From contig JAKEHO010000071.1 of the NCBI GenBank assembly GCA_022614965.1, positions 19,804 through 83,803 of the forward strand: a stretch of 64,000 nucleotides of DNA. Reading direction: 5' to 3'. Shown here in pieces: positions 1-7,482 of this stretch. The notes beneath the pieces were generated by a model. That model was given only the letters and a program-made list of their open reading frames with translations. It searched no databases and was not told the DNA's origin. This DNA is from Gammaproteobacteria bacterium (lineage in GTDB: Bacteria > Pseudomonadota > Gammaproteobacteria > JAKEHO01). The first letter of the stretch is position 1. Each line of letters opens with the position of its first letter. A program made the position numbers and the translations under genes.

Positions 1-360
1 GGGCGCATTTCGCTTGAGCCACCAGAAGCGGAACTTATCCGCGAGATTGTCGAAGCGAAAGCGGATATCCTTCTGGCTTCTTGGCCTGACACTCAGGCGC
101 CGCCGACGATACTTTGCGGAATTCGCATCTTCGAAATCGAGACACCAGCGACAGTTGTATATTGGGATATAAATACTAATATTGAACTTGTCCTCCGTGT
201 CGATGGCGAAGACCGGATCATTTCGGGAGCTGCGACCGAGCGGACGTGGGTGTGGCCAACGCAGACAATCATCGAACGTGTGACGAACGAGGCACTGAAG
301 CAACTCGCAGGCGAGCTGGAAATCGCGTTGGAAGAATTACTTCGGTTACCAAGTGAGTAA
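1..360 (+). CDS. hypothetical protein, C-terminal fragment entering from left edge
   Basis: Frame 1 is open from base 1 to TAA 358-360 (ends ...EALKQLAGELEIALEELLRLPSE). It is absent from the ORF track because no start codon lies in the window. No family recognised. Confidence 0.4.
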   Translation, partial: GRISLEPPEAELIREIVEAKADILLASWPDTQAPPTILCGIRIFEIETPATVVYWDINTNIELVLRVDGEDRIISGAATERTWVWPTQTIIERVTNEALKQLAGELEIALEELLRLPSE

Positions 361-371
361 CCGAGGGGGTA

Positions 372-1058
372 TTATTCGGTCTTCGGTTGCTCCGTGTTCC
401 CGCGGATAGCTTCAACAATGCGTAAACCGAGATCTCGACATGCGGGGCCCAGCGTATCCGCAGGAAGTGGTACAGGCAAAATAAACGCCGGAACAATCGA
501 AGTACCATGGGCAGTAGCGTCCTCATGCAACGGCTTGGCACCGTTCTCTAGATCCCACAGCGCGGCGTTGAGCGCAGTAGTTTTGTTCCACCAGATAAAA
601 CCCAAGCAGCCTGCTCCGCCATATCCAGCTCCGCACAACATACCACCCTTTGCTTGGTCGTCGGTCGTTGTGGTACTACCGGAGAAAGCAATTAGATATC
701 TTAAGCCCCGACGTACCAAGCGAGAACGCACATCTTCACGTACCAAGAGTTCGGCAAACGCTTGCTCATTCTTTGGCTGAGTGGCAGGCTCCATCAGTGG
801 GTACAGCGCGTCGTGTATCGGCTCATGCGGCATAATCCTGATCTCGGGCGCGGCTTTCTTGATAGTGCGCATCAGACATTGGTCCACATCGCTTACGAAG
901 GAATGCAAATTCATGGAGGGATCGGCTGGCCACCAGAGCATACCGACTGAGATAGACTCTGGCGCCCGTGCTGCTGATTCTTTCGGTAACTCACCAGCCC
1001 ATGCTCCCAGCAGCATGTTCAATATGACAATAATCGTGCCTGTAAAGTGGGGTATCAT
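372..1058 (-). CDS. hypothetical exported or membrane-anchored protein
   Basis: Track ORF 372..1247 trimmed to the ATG at 1058 (hydrophobic N-terminus MIPHFTGTIIVILNMLLGAWAG). A 4-nt ATGA overlap with the upstream stop suggests translational coupling. Confidence 0.5.
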   Translation of the reverse strand: MIPHFTGTIIVILNMLLGAWAGELPKESAARAPESISVGMLWWPADPSMNLHSFVSDVDQCLMRTIKKAAPEIRIMPHEPIHDALYPLMEPATQPKNEQAFAELLVREDVRSRLVRRGLRYLIAFSGSTTTTDDQAKGGMLCGAGYGGAGCLGFIWWNKTTALNAALWDLENGAKPLHEDATAHGTSIVPAFILPVPLPADTLGPACRDLGLRIVEAIRGNTEQPKTE

Positions 1059-1684
1059 TTCAATTTGTGCTCCTTCGACACGCGCTCGGCCCAGGCCTTT
1101 ATCGCCGGATCGCCGTCCACCTCTACCATAAACTTTGCGATTGCCTCGCGAATTACGACTTCGAACTGCGGCAACAAACAACTTTCGATATCTAAGCATT
1201 CGAACGCATGACGCTGGTGAGACCGAAATGCAGACGTCGTCCAGCAACGTACCTCAGCGCCATTCGTTTCATAGAGACAGGCGTGGTACGTCAGACTGAT
1301 GACGTCTGGAGTGCCGTAATCATTACCGATCGTAAAGTCCGTATTTACTTGCTCAAGCTCCATCACCCCGTCTATCCCTGTTAACCGTTCATGCCGCCAC
1401 GGCGGCCAATCCGGAAGTTCTTTCGTCTGAGTGAACATAGCGGCAAACACTTGTTGAAACCGTGCCACGCTGACCTCACCAACCTTTATGCGGCCGAGGG
1501 TATGTACGGCAACAGCGGTGCGGGCCTCTGCAGTAAAGTATATGCCCACATTCGCATCAATTTGGCGAAAGAGTGGGGTATCTTCAAGCTGCGACTCAAC
1601 AGGAAGTGTCCCAAAGCAGCCTGCAACAACCACAATGCCTAGACTGGCAATAATTATTCGGTATGGTAAAGGGGCGCAAATCAT
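1055..1684 (-). CDS. putative lipoprotein, unknown function
   Basis: 209-aa ORF with a signal-like N-terminus and lipobox-like VVAGC. Confidence 0.55.
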   Translation of the reverse strand: MICAPLPYRIIIASLGIVVVAGCFGTLPVESQLEDTPLFRQIDANVGIYFTAEARTAVAVHTLGRIKVGEVSVARFQQVFAAMFTQTKELPDWPPWRHERLTGIDGVMELEQVNTDFTIGNDYGTPDVISLTYHACLYETNGAEVRCWTTSAFRSHQRHAFECLDIESCLLPQFEVVIREAIAKFMVEVDGDPAIKAWAERVSKEHKLK

Positions 1685-2020
1685 TGTACGCCTTCATATG
1701 ATTGAAGCCCGAACGAGCTTGAAACGAAGAAAGATGCAACAATAATAATGCCTGCTAAGCCACCGAGCATGCAAGGCAAGTGTTGATATCCCACACTCAG
1801 CTATGCAGGACTGTAAGTAACTCCAAGCGAGCTGGCAACATACCGGCAGGAGAAGCCTCACAACGCCCGCCTCTAGAAAGCAGTTATGATGATAATCCAG
1901 ATGTGCACGACCAAACTCCTTACTATATATATTTGCTAGAACCCATGCTGTCATAAAAGAATCTACAGGGGTCTCACAGAACCCTTACAAATGACTTACA
2001 GATTTCAGGAGATAGGGAAG

Positions 2021-2140
2021 GGGAGAGATTTAATTTTGGGGGCGGGCGGTGCCCGTTGCATCTCTACCTATCCCGCTTGATGTGATTGATTAACGCGATT
2101 GACGGACTTTCCTTTCAATGGGCAAGGCCTTCAATCGCCA
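2021..2140 (+). repeat. structured intergenic repeat R1 (modules A+B+C)
   Basis: gggagagatttaattttgggggcgggcggtgcccg..tctctacctatcccgcttgatgtgattg..aacgcgattgacgg...ggccttcaatcgcc. Confidence 0.9.
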
Positions 2141-2175
2141 CATTTCTAGAGCGTCATCGCAGGCGCACGCAGTAT

Positions 2176-2463
2176 TTAGCGCAGCAAGGCCTCGGGATGG
2201 CGTTCGGCGATGCGCAGGAGGGAGTGCGCAGGCCCTCTAGGCTTACGTCGGCCCTGCTCCCACTCTTGGAGGGTACGGGCGCTCACATTCATAAGGGCGG
2301 CGAATGCCTCCTGGGTTAGGCCAAGGCGTTCCCGAATCCGAACAATATCCTTTGCCGAGAGGGTCTTGTACTTACGGGTCTTCAACTTGATCTCGCCTTT
2401 CCGCCAGGCGGCGATCTCTTCCAATCCCGTGAGAATTTCCTTGCCAATATTGCGCTTACTCAT
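2176..2463 (-). CDS. XRE-family HTH antitoxin (partner of the RelE-like toxin)
   Basis: 95 aa starting at MSKRNIGKEIL. HTH segment LGLTQEAFAALMNVSARTLQEWEQGRR. ATGA overlap with the toxin stop. Confidence 0.8.
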   Translation of the reverse strand: MSKRNIGKEILTGLEEIAAWRKGEIKLKTRKYKTLSAKDIVRIRERLGLTQEAFAALMNVSARTLQEWEQGRRKPRGPAHSLLRIAERHPEALLR

Positions 2464-2774
2464 TTCAAAGTCTCCACAAGTCTTCGAATCCGCTTCAAGG
2501 TATCGGCGTCGATGTCTTCGCGCTCGCCCTTGGTATAGGCCGTCAGCAAATAAATGTGATCTTTCCTGGGTACCCAATAGTAGATCACCCGTGCGCCTCC
2601 AGATTTTCCTTTGCCGCGGATGGCCCACCTCAGCTTGCGAATTCCGCCGCTACCGCGAATGACCTTGCCCACGTCGGGCCGAGCCATGAGGAGGGTCTGC
2701 AGGGCAGTGTACTCGTCGTCACTCATGATCTTCGTGATGATGCTGGTAAAGAGCGTCGTTTCGACGAATATCAT
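2460..2774 (-). CDS. type II toxin, RelE/HigB-like
   Basis: 104 aa. Motif GGIRKLRW...GKGKSGGARVIYYW...IYLLTAYTKGEREDI is typical of RelE-family toxins. Lies upstream of, and is coupled to, the HTH antitoxin. Confidence 0.8.
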   Translation of the reverse strand: MIFVETTLFTSIITKIMSDDEYTALQTLLMARPDVGKVIRGSGGIRKLRWAIRGKGKSGGARVIYYWVPRKDHIYLLTAYTKGEREDIDADTLKRIRRLVETLK

Positions 2775-2881
2775 TTCCGCATACTACGTCATTGACGTAG
2801 TTAAGTCAAGATCCCAAACAGATCGCTGCCAATCTTGGTATTCCTCGATAAGGCTCTGGGCGCGCCAGCCGATCTATGAGG

Positions 2882-2999
2882 AGGACACAGAGGGTAGAAA
2901 AGTCGTTGGGAGTCTTTTCTTGCGTATATTTTCGGTGGCGGGCGGTGCCCGGCGTGTCGTTATATATATCCCGCTTGATGTGATCGGGCCACATCGCGG
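2882..2999 (+). repeat. repeat R2 (A with extra hairpin insertion + B + partial C)
   Basis: aggacacagagggtAGAAAAGtcgttgggagtCTTTTCTtgcgtatattttcggtggcgggcggtgcccg..tatcccgcttgatgtgatcgggccacatcgcgg. Abuts the hemolysin III stop codon. Confidence 0.85.
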
Positions 3000-3617
3000 T
3001 CAGGCGACGTACAAAACTACGGCAAGGTAGTGGGTGACGCTGCCAGTCAGTACGAATAGATGCCAGATGGCGTGGGCATGGCGAAGGCTATCAGCCACGG
3101 CGTAGAAACCGATGCCCGCGGTGTAAAACAGGCCGCCCGCTACCAACCAGACTATGCCTTGAAGGGGCAAGGCCTGCAATAACGGATTCAGGGCGATCAA
3201 GGCGAGCCAGCCCATCGCGAGATATATCACCACCGGCAGGATCCTGCGCCCTTTCCGCGGGAGAGAATCCAACACGATACCAAGGATGGCAAGACCCCAG
3301 ATCACTCCGAACAACGACCAGCCCCAGCCACCACGAAGCGTAACCAGAGTGAAGGGCGTATAGGTTCCCGCTATGAGCAAATAGATGGCATGGTGATCGA
3401 GCTTGAGGAAGACGTTTTTGGCCTTACCCTGAAGGCTGTGATAGAGCGTGGAAAAAATGTAAAGCAACAACAGGGTCGTACCATAAAGGCTAAAGCTCAC
3501 AACTTTCCAGGGGTCACCCTGGCGCGCAGCTAGAACCACGAGTACCGCTAGGCCCGCGGTTGCCGCTGCCGCGCCGATAAGGTGACTAATGCTGTTGAAT
3601 CTCTCTCCTTTATACAT
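3000..3617 (-). CDS. hemolysin III family (PAQR/YqfA-like) membrane protein
   Basis: 205 aa and 7-TM-like. N-terminal ERFNSISHLIG, plus YHS and HAxxH-type motifs typical of the hemolysin III family. Confidence 0.85.
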   Translation of the reverse strand: MYKGERFNSISHLIGAAAATAGLAVLVVLAARQGDPWKVVSFSLYGTTLLLLYIFSTLYHSLQGKAKNVFLKLDHHAIYLLIAGTYTPFTLVTLRGGWGWSLFGVIWGLAILGIVLDSLPRKGRRILPVVIYLAMGWLALIALNPLLQALPLQGIVWLVAGGLFYTAGIGFYAVADSLRHAHAIWHLFVLTGSVTHYLAVVLYVA

Positions 3618-3750
3618 CTATACATCATACATCTATACATCGCGTCGAAAGTGGAAAGGGAGAATGGAGCCAAGCTTGCATTATTGTATCATCCTTGATA
3701 AGTGTGCAGAGTTGCTATCCATGGACGCGATTTGCGATGGTTTAAAAAGG

Positions 3751-3812
3751 GGGACAGATTTATTTTCGGTTGCGAGCAGTGTCCGCCTTATCTCTAATTG
3801 TCCCGCTTGAAT
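3751..3812 (+). repeat. repeat R3 (A+B)
   Basis: gggacagatttattttcggttgcgagcagtgtccgccttatctctaattgtcccgcttgaatt. Ends about 12-15 nt before the GIY-YIG start codon. Confidence 0.9.
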
Positions 3813-3826
3813 TGCATAATATTGCA

Positions 3827-4123
3827 ATGAACTGGCACGTATACATGATTCTATGTACTGATAATTCGCTCTATACGGGGATTACCAATAATGTCGAAAA
3901 GCGTTTGTTTCGGCATACTGGACAGTATGGCGCCAAATATTTTCGCGGCCGTCGACCAGGGCAAGTGGTGTACCTCGAGAGTGGGCATACCCGCAGTTCG
4001 GCGACTCAAAGAGAGACAGCGATCAAGAAGATGCGGCGTATCGCTAAAGTCCATCTGATTGCCTCAGCAATGAACGAAGCCCCGCCTTTCACAGACGAAA
4101 TCAAAAGGATCAGCCTTGAATGA
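3827..4123 (+). CDS. GIY-YIG nuclease superfamily protein (UPF0213-like)
   Basis: Track ORF trimmed to ATG 3827. MNWHVYMILCTDNSLYTGITNNVEKRLFRH is a classic GIY..YIG N-terminus. Confidence 0.85.
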   Translation: MNWHVYMILCTDNSLYTGITNNVEKRLFRHTGQYGAKYFRGRRPGQVVYLESGHTRSSATQRETAIKKMRRIAKVHLIASAMNEAPPFTDEIKRISLE

Positions 4124-4197
4124 CATGGCGATTTACTAGTGGATCAAATGATTCAGACCGCAGGGTGGAGACAAGAAGAAGTGTAAACGAGAAGAAA

Positions 4198-4328
4198 GGG
4201 ACAGATTTATTTTCGGTTGCGGGCGGTGCCCGCTTTATCTCTATAATATATATCCCGCTTGATGTGATTTCTTGAAGCGATTTATGGGCCTTGTGCTCAA
4301 TGGGAGCTACACCCAGCCTTCAACGCCA
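4198..4328 (+). repeat. repeat R4 (A+B+C), near-consensus copy
   Basis: gggacagatttattttcggttgcgggcggtgcccgctttatctctataatatatatcccgcttgatgtgatttcttgaagcgatttatgggcc...agccttcaacgcc. Confidence 0.95.
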
Positions 4329-4381
4329 CCACCGGCTAGGACACCTCCGTTCCCTTTCGGACCAAGCCACCGGTATAACGC

Positions 4382-4411
4382 TTGACGTTATATAACGGCA
4401 GGCGTTATACT
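4382..4411 (+). promoter_or_regulatory. candidate higBA promoter with palindromic operator
   Basis: TTGACG (4382-4387), an 18-nt spacer, then TATACT (4406-4411). A perfect 12-bp palindrome CGTTATATAACG lies at 4386-4397, and CGTTATA is repeated at 4403-4409. Caveat: the -10 ends only about 7 nt before the proposed GTG start. Confidence 0.3.
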
Positions 4412-4417
4412 CTTTTG

Positions 4418-4702
4418 GTGATAAAGACCTTTCGCTCATCTGAAACAGAGTGCATCTGGAGGGGCGAAGTATCACGGCGGTTGCCACCCGCCATGCAACA
4501 CGTTGCGCGGCGTAAGCTGCGCATGCTGAACAACGCCGCTAGCTTGGGTGATCTACGGGTGCCGCCTGCCAACCGGCTGGAGGCGCTACGTGGCGCTAGA
4601 AAGGGACAGCATAGCATTCGTATCAACGATCGTTGGCGCATCTGTTTCGTGTGGAAAGGCAGTGACGCCTACGACGTGGAGATCGTGGATTATCATAGGT
4701 AG
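4418..4702 (+). CDS. higB: HigB-family toxin (plasmid maintenance system killer)
   Basis: Track ORF 4382..4702. The likely start is GTG 4418 (VIKTFRSS..). The C-terminus RINDRWRICFVWKGSDAYDVEIVDYH is typical of HigB. Confidence 0.8.
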   Translation: MIKTFRSSETECIWRGEVSRRLPPAMQHVARRKLRMLNNAASLGDLRVPPANRLEALRGARKGQHSIRINDRWRICFVWKGSDAYDVEIVDYHR

Positions 4703-4720
4703 AAGACGGAGCAGTACGTT

Positions 4721-5011
4721 ATGGCGAGACTACCCAACATACATCCCGGCGAAGTACTCCTCGAGGAGTTGTTGAAGCCGATGGGCATCAGCCAGAACAA
4801 GATCGCCCGCGAGATCGGTGTATCCCCTCGGCGGATCAACGAGATCGTACACGGCAAGCGGGCGATCACCGCGGACACCGCGCTGCGGCTGGCGAAGTAC
4901 CTTGGAGTGTCCGAGTCCTTTTGGATGGGGCTGCAGGCGGACTACGACCTGGAGGAAGCCAGGAAAGGGCTCGGTAGGAAGCTTGACCGCGTGCGGCCGC
5001 ACGCGGCCTAG
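4721..5011 (+). CDS. higA: HigA-family antitoxin (XRE HTH)
   Basis: 96 aa. HPGEVLLEELLKPMGISQNKIAREIGVSPRRINEIVHGKRAITADTALRLAKYLG is the canonical HigA sequence. Confidence 0.9.
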   Translation: MARLPNIHPGEVLLEELLKPMGISQNKIAREIGVSPRRINEIVHGKRAITADTALRLAKYLGVSESFWMGLQADYDLEEARKGLGRKLDRVRPHAA

Positions 5012-5080
5012 TCCATTGGCGTTTGATTACTGTATTTCGCCGAGCCCAAGCCGCCGGTGCAACTCACATACCGTGAGTAA

Positions 5081-5181
5081 GGGAACAGGTCGGAAAACGG
5101 ATCGGGCGTCTTTTCCGGCGTATATTTTTAGTTACGAGTGGTGCCCATCGTATATCAAACTATCCCGCTTGATGTGATTGG
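5081..5181 (+). repeat. repeat R5 (A with extra hairpin insertion + B)
   Basis: gggaacaggtcGGAAAAcggatcgggcgtcTTTTCCggcgtatatttttagttacgagtggtgcccatcgtatatcaaactatcccgcttgatgtgattg. Confidence 0.85.
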
Positions 5182-5300
5182 GTATAAAGTGTCATGTTAT
5201 ATCGCACCGTTAAGTCATCTCGTCATAGTTAGATAGTCTGCGCTCGTCACTATCATGGTTCGGTCAGAACACTCGTTACGCAAGAAAAAGGAGGTGCCTG

Positions 5301-5600
5301 ATGGATCCGAAGTCGCTAGGCGTGGTGGCGAGATTAAAGGCACGACCGGATAAGGTGAACGAACTTCGTTCCCTCTTGTTCGGACTGCTTGCCCCGACGC
5401 GACGTGAACCGGGCTGTATCCGCTACGAAATGCTCGTGAACAGGAAAGACCCGACGGAGTTTACGTTTATCGAGGAGTGGCAAGACGAACCAGCGCTCGA
5501 AGTTCATTTTGGCACAGATCATATCCGGTATGCGCTGGAGAGGTTTCCGGACCTGCTTGCAGAAGAGCTGGACGTTCGACGCTATAACCTGGTGGGCTAG
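5301..5600 (+). CDS. antibiotic biosynthesis monooxygenase (ABM) domain protein
   Basis: 99 aa. Has the pattern ARLKARPDKVNELRSLL...GCIRYEMLVNRKDPTEFTFIEEWQDEPALEVH. An RBS aaggagg lies upstream. Confidence 0.8.
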   Translation: MDPKSLGVVARLKARPDKVNELRSLLFGLLAPTRREPGCIRYEMLVNRKDPTEFTFIEEWQDEPALEVHFGTDHIRYALERFPDLLAEELDVRRYNLVG

Positions 5601-5617
5601 CTATGGACGATAATAGA

Positions 5618-5737
5618 GGAAGAGCGTCATTTTTGCGTGCGGGCGGTGCCCGGATTGTCTTTATATATTCCGCTTGATGTGATTCGTTGACGCGATCGAA
5701 GCGCTTGCCCGAGGAGGCAAGCTCCACCAATCGCGGC
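5618..5737 (+). repeat. repeat R6 (A+B+C)
   Basis: ggaagagcgtcatttttgcgtgcgggcggtgcccggattgtctttatatattccgcttgatgtgattcgttgacgcgatcgaagcgc...ccaccaatcgcggc. Confidence 0.9.
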
Positions 5738-5857
5738 TTTTAACATATCTTTGAACGAGACCAAACGCTATACTGGTTATTCGTGCCGGCTTTCGCTTTT
5801 GTTGATATCTAGACAAATTTGGCCGTTCTCTTATTTATTAGGGGTGTAAGGAAAAAA

Positions 5858-6304
5858 ATGGTAGAGCACTCCATCCAACTTTCGATACCAATTGCGTGGC
5901 TTCGCCTGAACGGCGTGTACCGCCTGTGGCGCTGGGGAGACAAGAAGAATGTGGGACTCGACTCGAATTGGGCGAAGCGAAACGTGATCTACCGATGGGT
6001 CAAAAACTCCACCGGCGAAGTCGCGACGATTGGCGAAACTGAGCGTATGTTGACTGAGCGGGCTGACACCTACTTGCAGGCGAAACGTGGGGGAGGTGCG
6101 GATCCAACCAAAAATAAGCTTTACCAAGAGCAGTCTCGACTAGAAAGGGACGGGGATTTCTTGTACCTGGAGTTCACTGAGGATGTCCTCGGATATGATC
6201 TTACCGATCAAAGCGATAGGCGGATGGCCGAGAGTCTCCTTGTGCGCGCCATCAAACCGTATTTTCAATCTACTTCAACCGAATCAAGACAATCCGACAC
6301 CTAA
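5858..6304 (+). CDS. hypothetical protein with GIY-YIG-like motifs
   Basis: Trimmed to ATG 5858 (RBS aaggaaaaaaATG). VIYRWVKNSTGEVATIGETERMLTER resembles GIY-x11-YIG-x-R, and ESLLVRAIKPYFQ resembles the C-terminal E..L...KP.N motif. Confidence 0.5.
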   Translation: MVEHSIQLSIPIAWLRLNGVYRLWRWGDKKNVGLDSNWAKRNVIYRWVKNSTGEVATIGETERMLTERADTYLQAKRGGGADPTKNKLYQEQSRLERDGDFLYLEFTEDVLGYDLTDQSDRRMAESLLVRAIKPYFQSTSTESRQSDT

Positions 6305-6552
6305 CGATTCAGGGTCACTTAGAGGACACCCATTCTGAATTCATGGCGTAGATTTAACCGTATCTTATCCTTGACCTGCGACCGAAAATAATTGTGGCTT
6401 TCGGGTGCGGCTCGCGTATAGTGTGCGCGTTGCAGTACACTTCTTGTAGTTAGTTCGGAAGTCCCTCCAGGTTTTTCGGCAGCTACTCCCGCATTCTCAC
6501 TTTCAGGAACGAACTGCAGAACATCGCAATTAAACCAAACAGAGGTATTTCC

Positions 6553-6756
6553 GTGAATACAGGCACAGTAAAGTGGTTCAACGATAGTAAGGGCTACGGC
6601 TTTATTACCCTTGAGGACGGGAGCAAGGATGTATTCGTGCATCACTCCGCCATCGAGGGTGATGGCTTCAAATCCCTGACCGAGGGCCAAAAGGTGACGT
6701 TCGAAATCGAGCAAGGCCCGAAGGGTCCGTCGGCAGTGAAAGTTCAGGCGGCCTAA
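6553..6756 (+). CDS. CspA-family cold-shock protein
   Basis: 67 aa. [15 protein letters not shown] (RNP1) and VFVHHSAI (RNP2). GTG start, preceded by more than 200 nt without ORFs, as is usual for csp leaders. Confidence 0.95.
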   Translation: MNTGTVKWFNDSKGYGFITLEDGSKDVFVHHSAIEGDGFKSLTEGQKVTFEIEQGPKGPSAVKVQAA

Positions 6757-6792
6757 GCGTCAAGTACTGCGCAAGCAGGTTTTAGACGAAGA

Positions 6793-6817
6793 CCCCGCCA
6801 CCCGGCGGGGTTTTTTT
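6793..6817 (+). terminator. rho-independent terminator after csp
   Basis: CCCCGCC-accc-GGCGGGG followed by TTTTTTT. Confidence 0.85.
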
Positions 6818-6847
6818 CTTGGAGGGATAAGGTATCAGGAACCTTTT

Positions 6848-6909
6848 GACAACCTATTTTTAGTTGCGGGCGGTGCCCGTCAGGGATTGGAGGGTCAGGT
6901 CTTCAATTG
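6848..6909 (+). repeat. repeat R7 (A + C-like hairpin, B missing)
   Basis: gacaacctatttttagttgcgggcggtgcccgtcagggattggagggtcaggtcttcaattg. Confidence 0.75.
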
Positions 6910-6981
6910 TGAATCTCATTTGCCCATCCATGCGAGCACGTTGATGCCTGTGATCGCATGTGACTAAGTGATGGTAGAAAG

Positions 6982-7302
6982 ATGAGTAATAAACTGGGCG
7001 GTAGGGTAGTTTATATCGTTCCGCGGACTTGGCTCGGGCGTCTAGTTGCCTTCGTGGCCATTGTCGCGGTGTTTTTTTTGGGTATATTGTTCTTTGCTGT
7101 TTTTCTCGCAGCAATTGCCGCTGTCGCTGCTGTCGTAATCGCGCGGATATTATGGCTTCAGAGGCAAATCCGTCGACAGGGGTCGAAAGATTTCATTGAA
7201 GTGGAGTACACAGTGGAAGACACTGAAACGCGCCGGCCGGGCGAGATAGCACAATCGGATTCACAACGCGCAAAGGACCACGAAAATGAAGCGAATCACT
7301 GA
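6982..7302 (+). CDS. hypothetical membrane protein
   Basis: 106 aa with two hydrophobic helices (LVAFVAIVAVFFLGILFFAVFLAAIAAVAAVVIA) and a charged tail. Confidence 0.55.
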   Translation: MSNKLGGRVVYIVPRTWLGRLVAFVAIVAVFFLGILFFAVFLAAIAAVAAVVIARILWLQRQIRRQGSKDFIEVEYTVEDTETRRPGEIAQSDSQRAKDHENEANH

Positions 7303-7337
7303 CTCTCGAAAGCTACGCAATAAAAACAAAATAAAGT

Positions 7338-7400
7338 GGGGACAGATTTATTTTCGGTCGCGGGCGGTGCCCGAATTATCTCTTATCCCGCTTGATGTGA
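7338..7400 (+). repeat. repeat R8 (A+B)
   Basis: ggggacagatttattttcggtcgcgggcggtgcccgaattatctcttatcccgcttgatgtga. Confidence 0.95.
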
Positions 7401-7482
7401 AATCGTACAACACGGAAGTCCGGCAAAGGAAGCTCATCGGAACTCTGTTGATTGCGCAAACAGTCGCGTAACTCTGGTGCGC

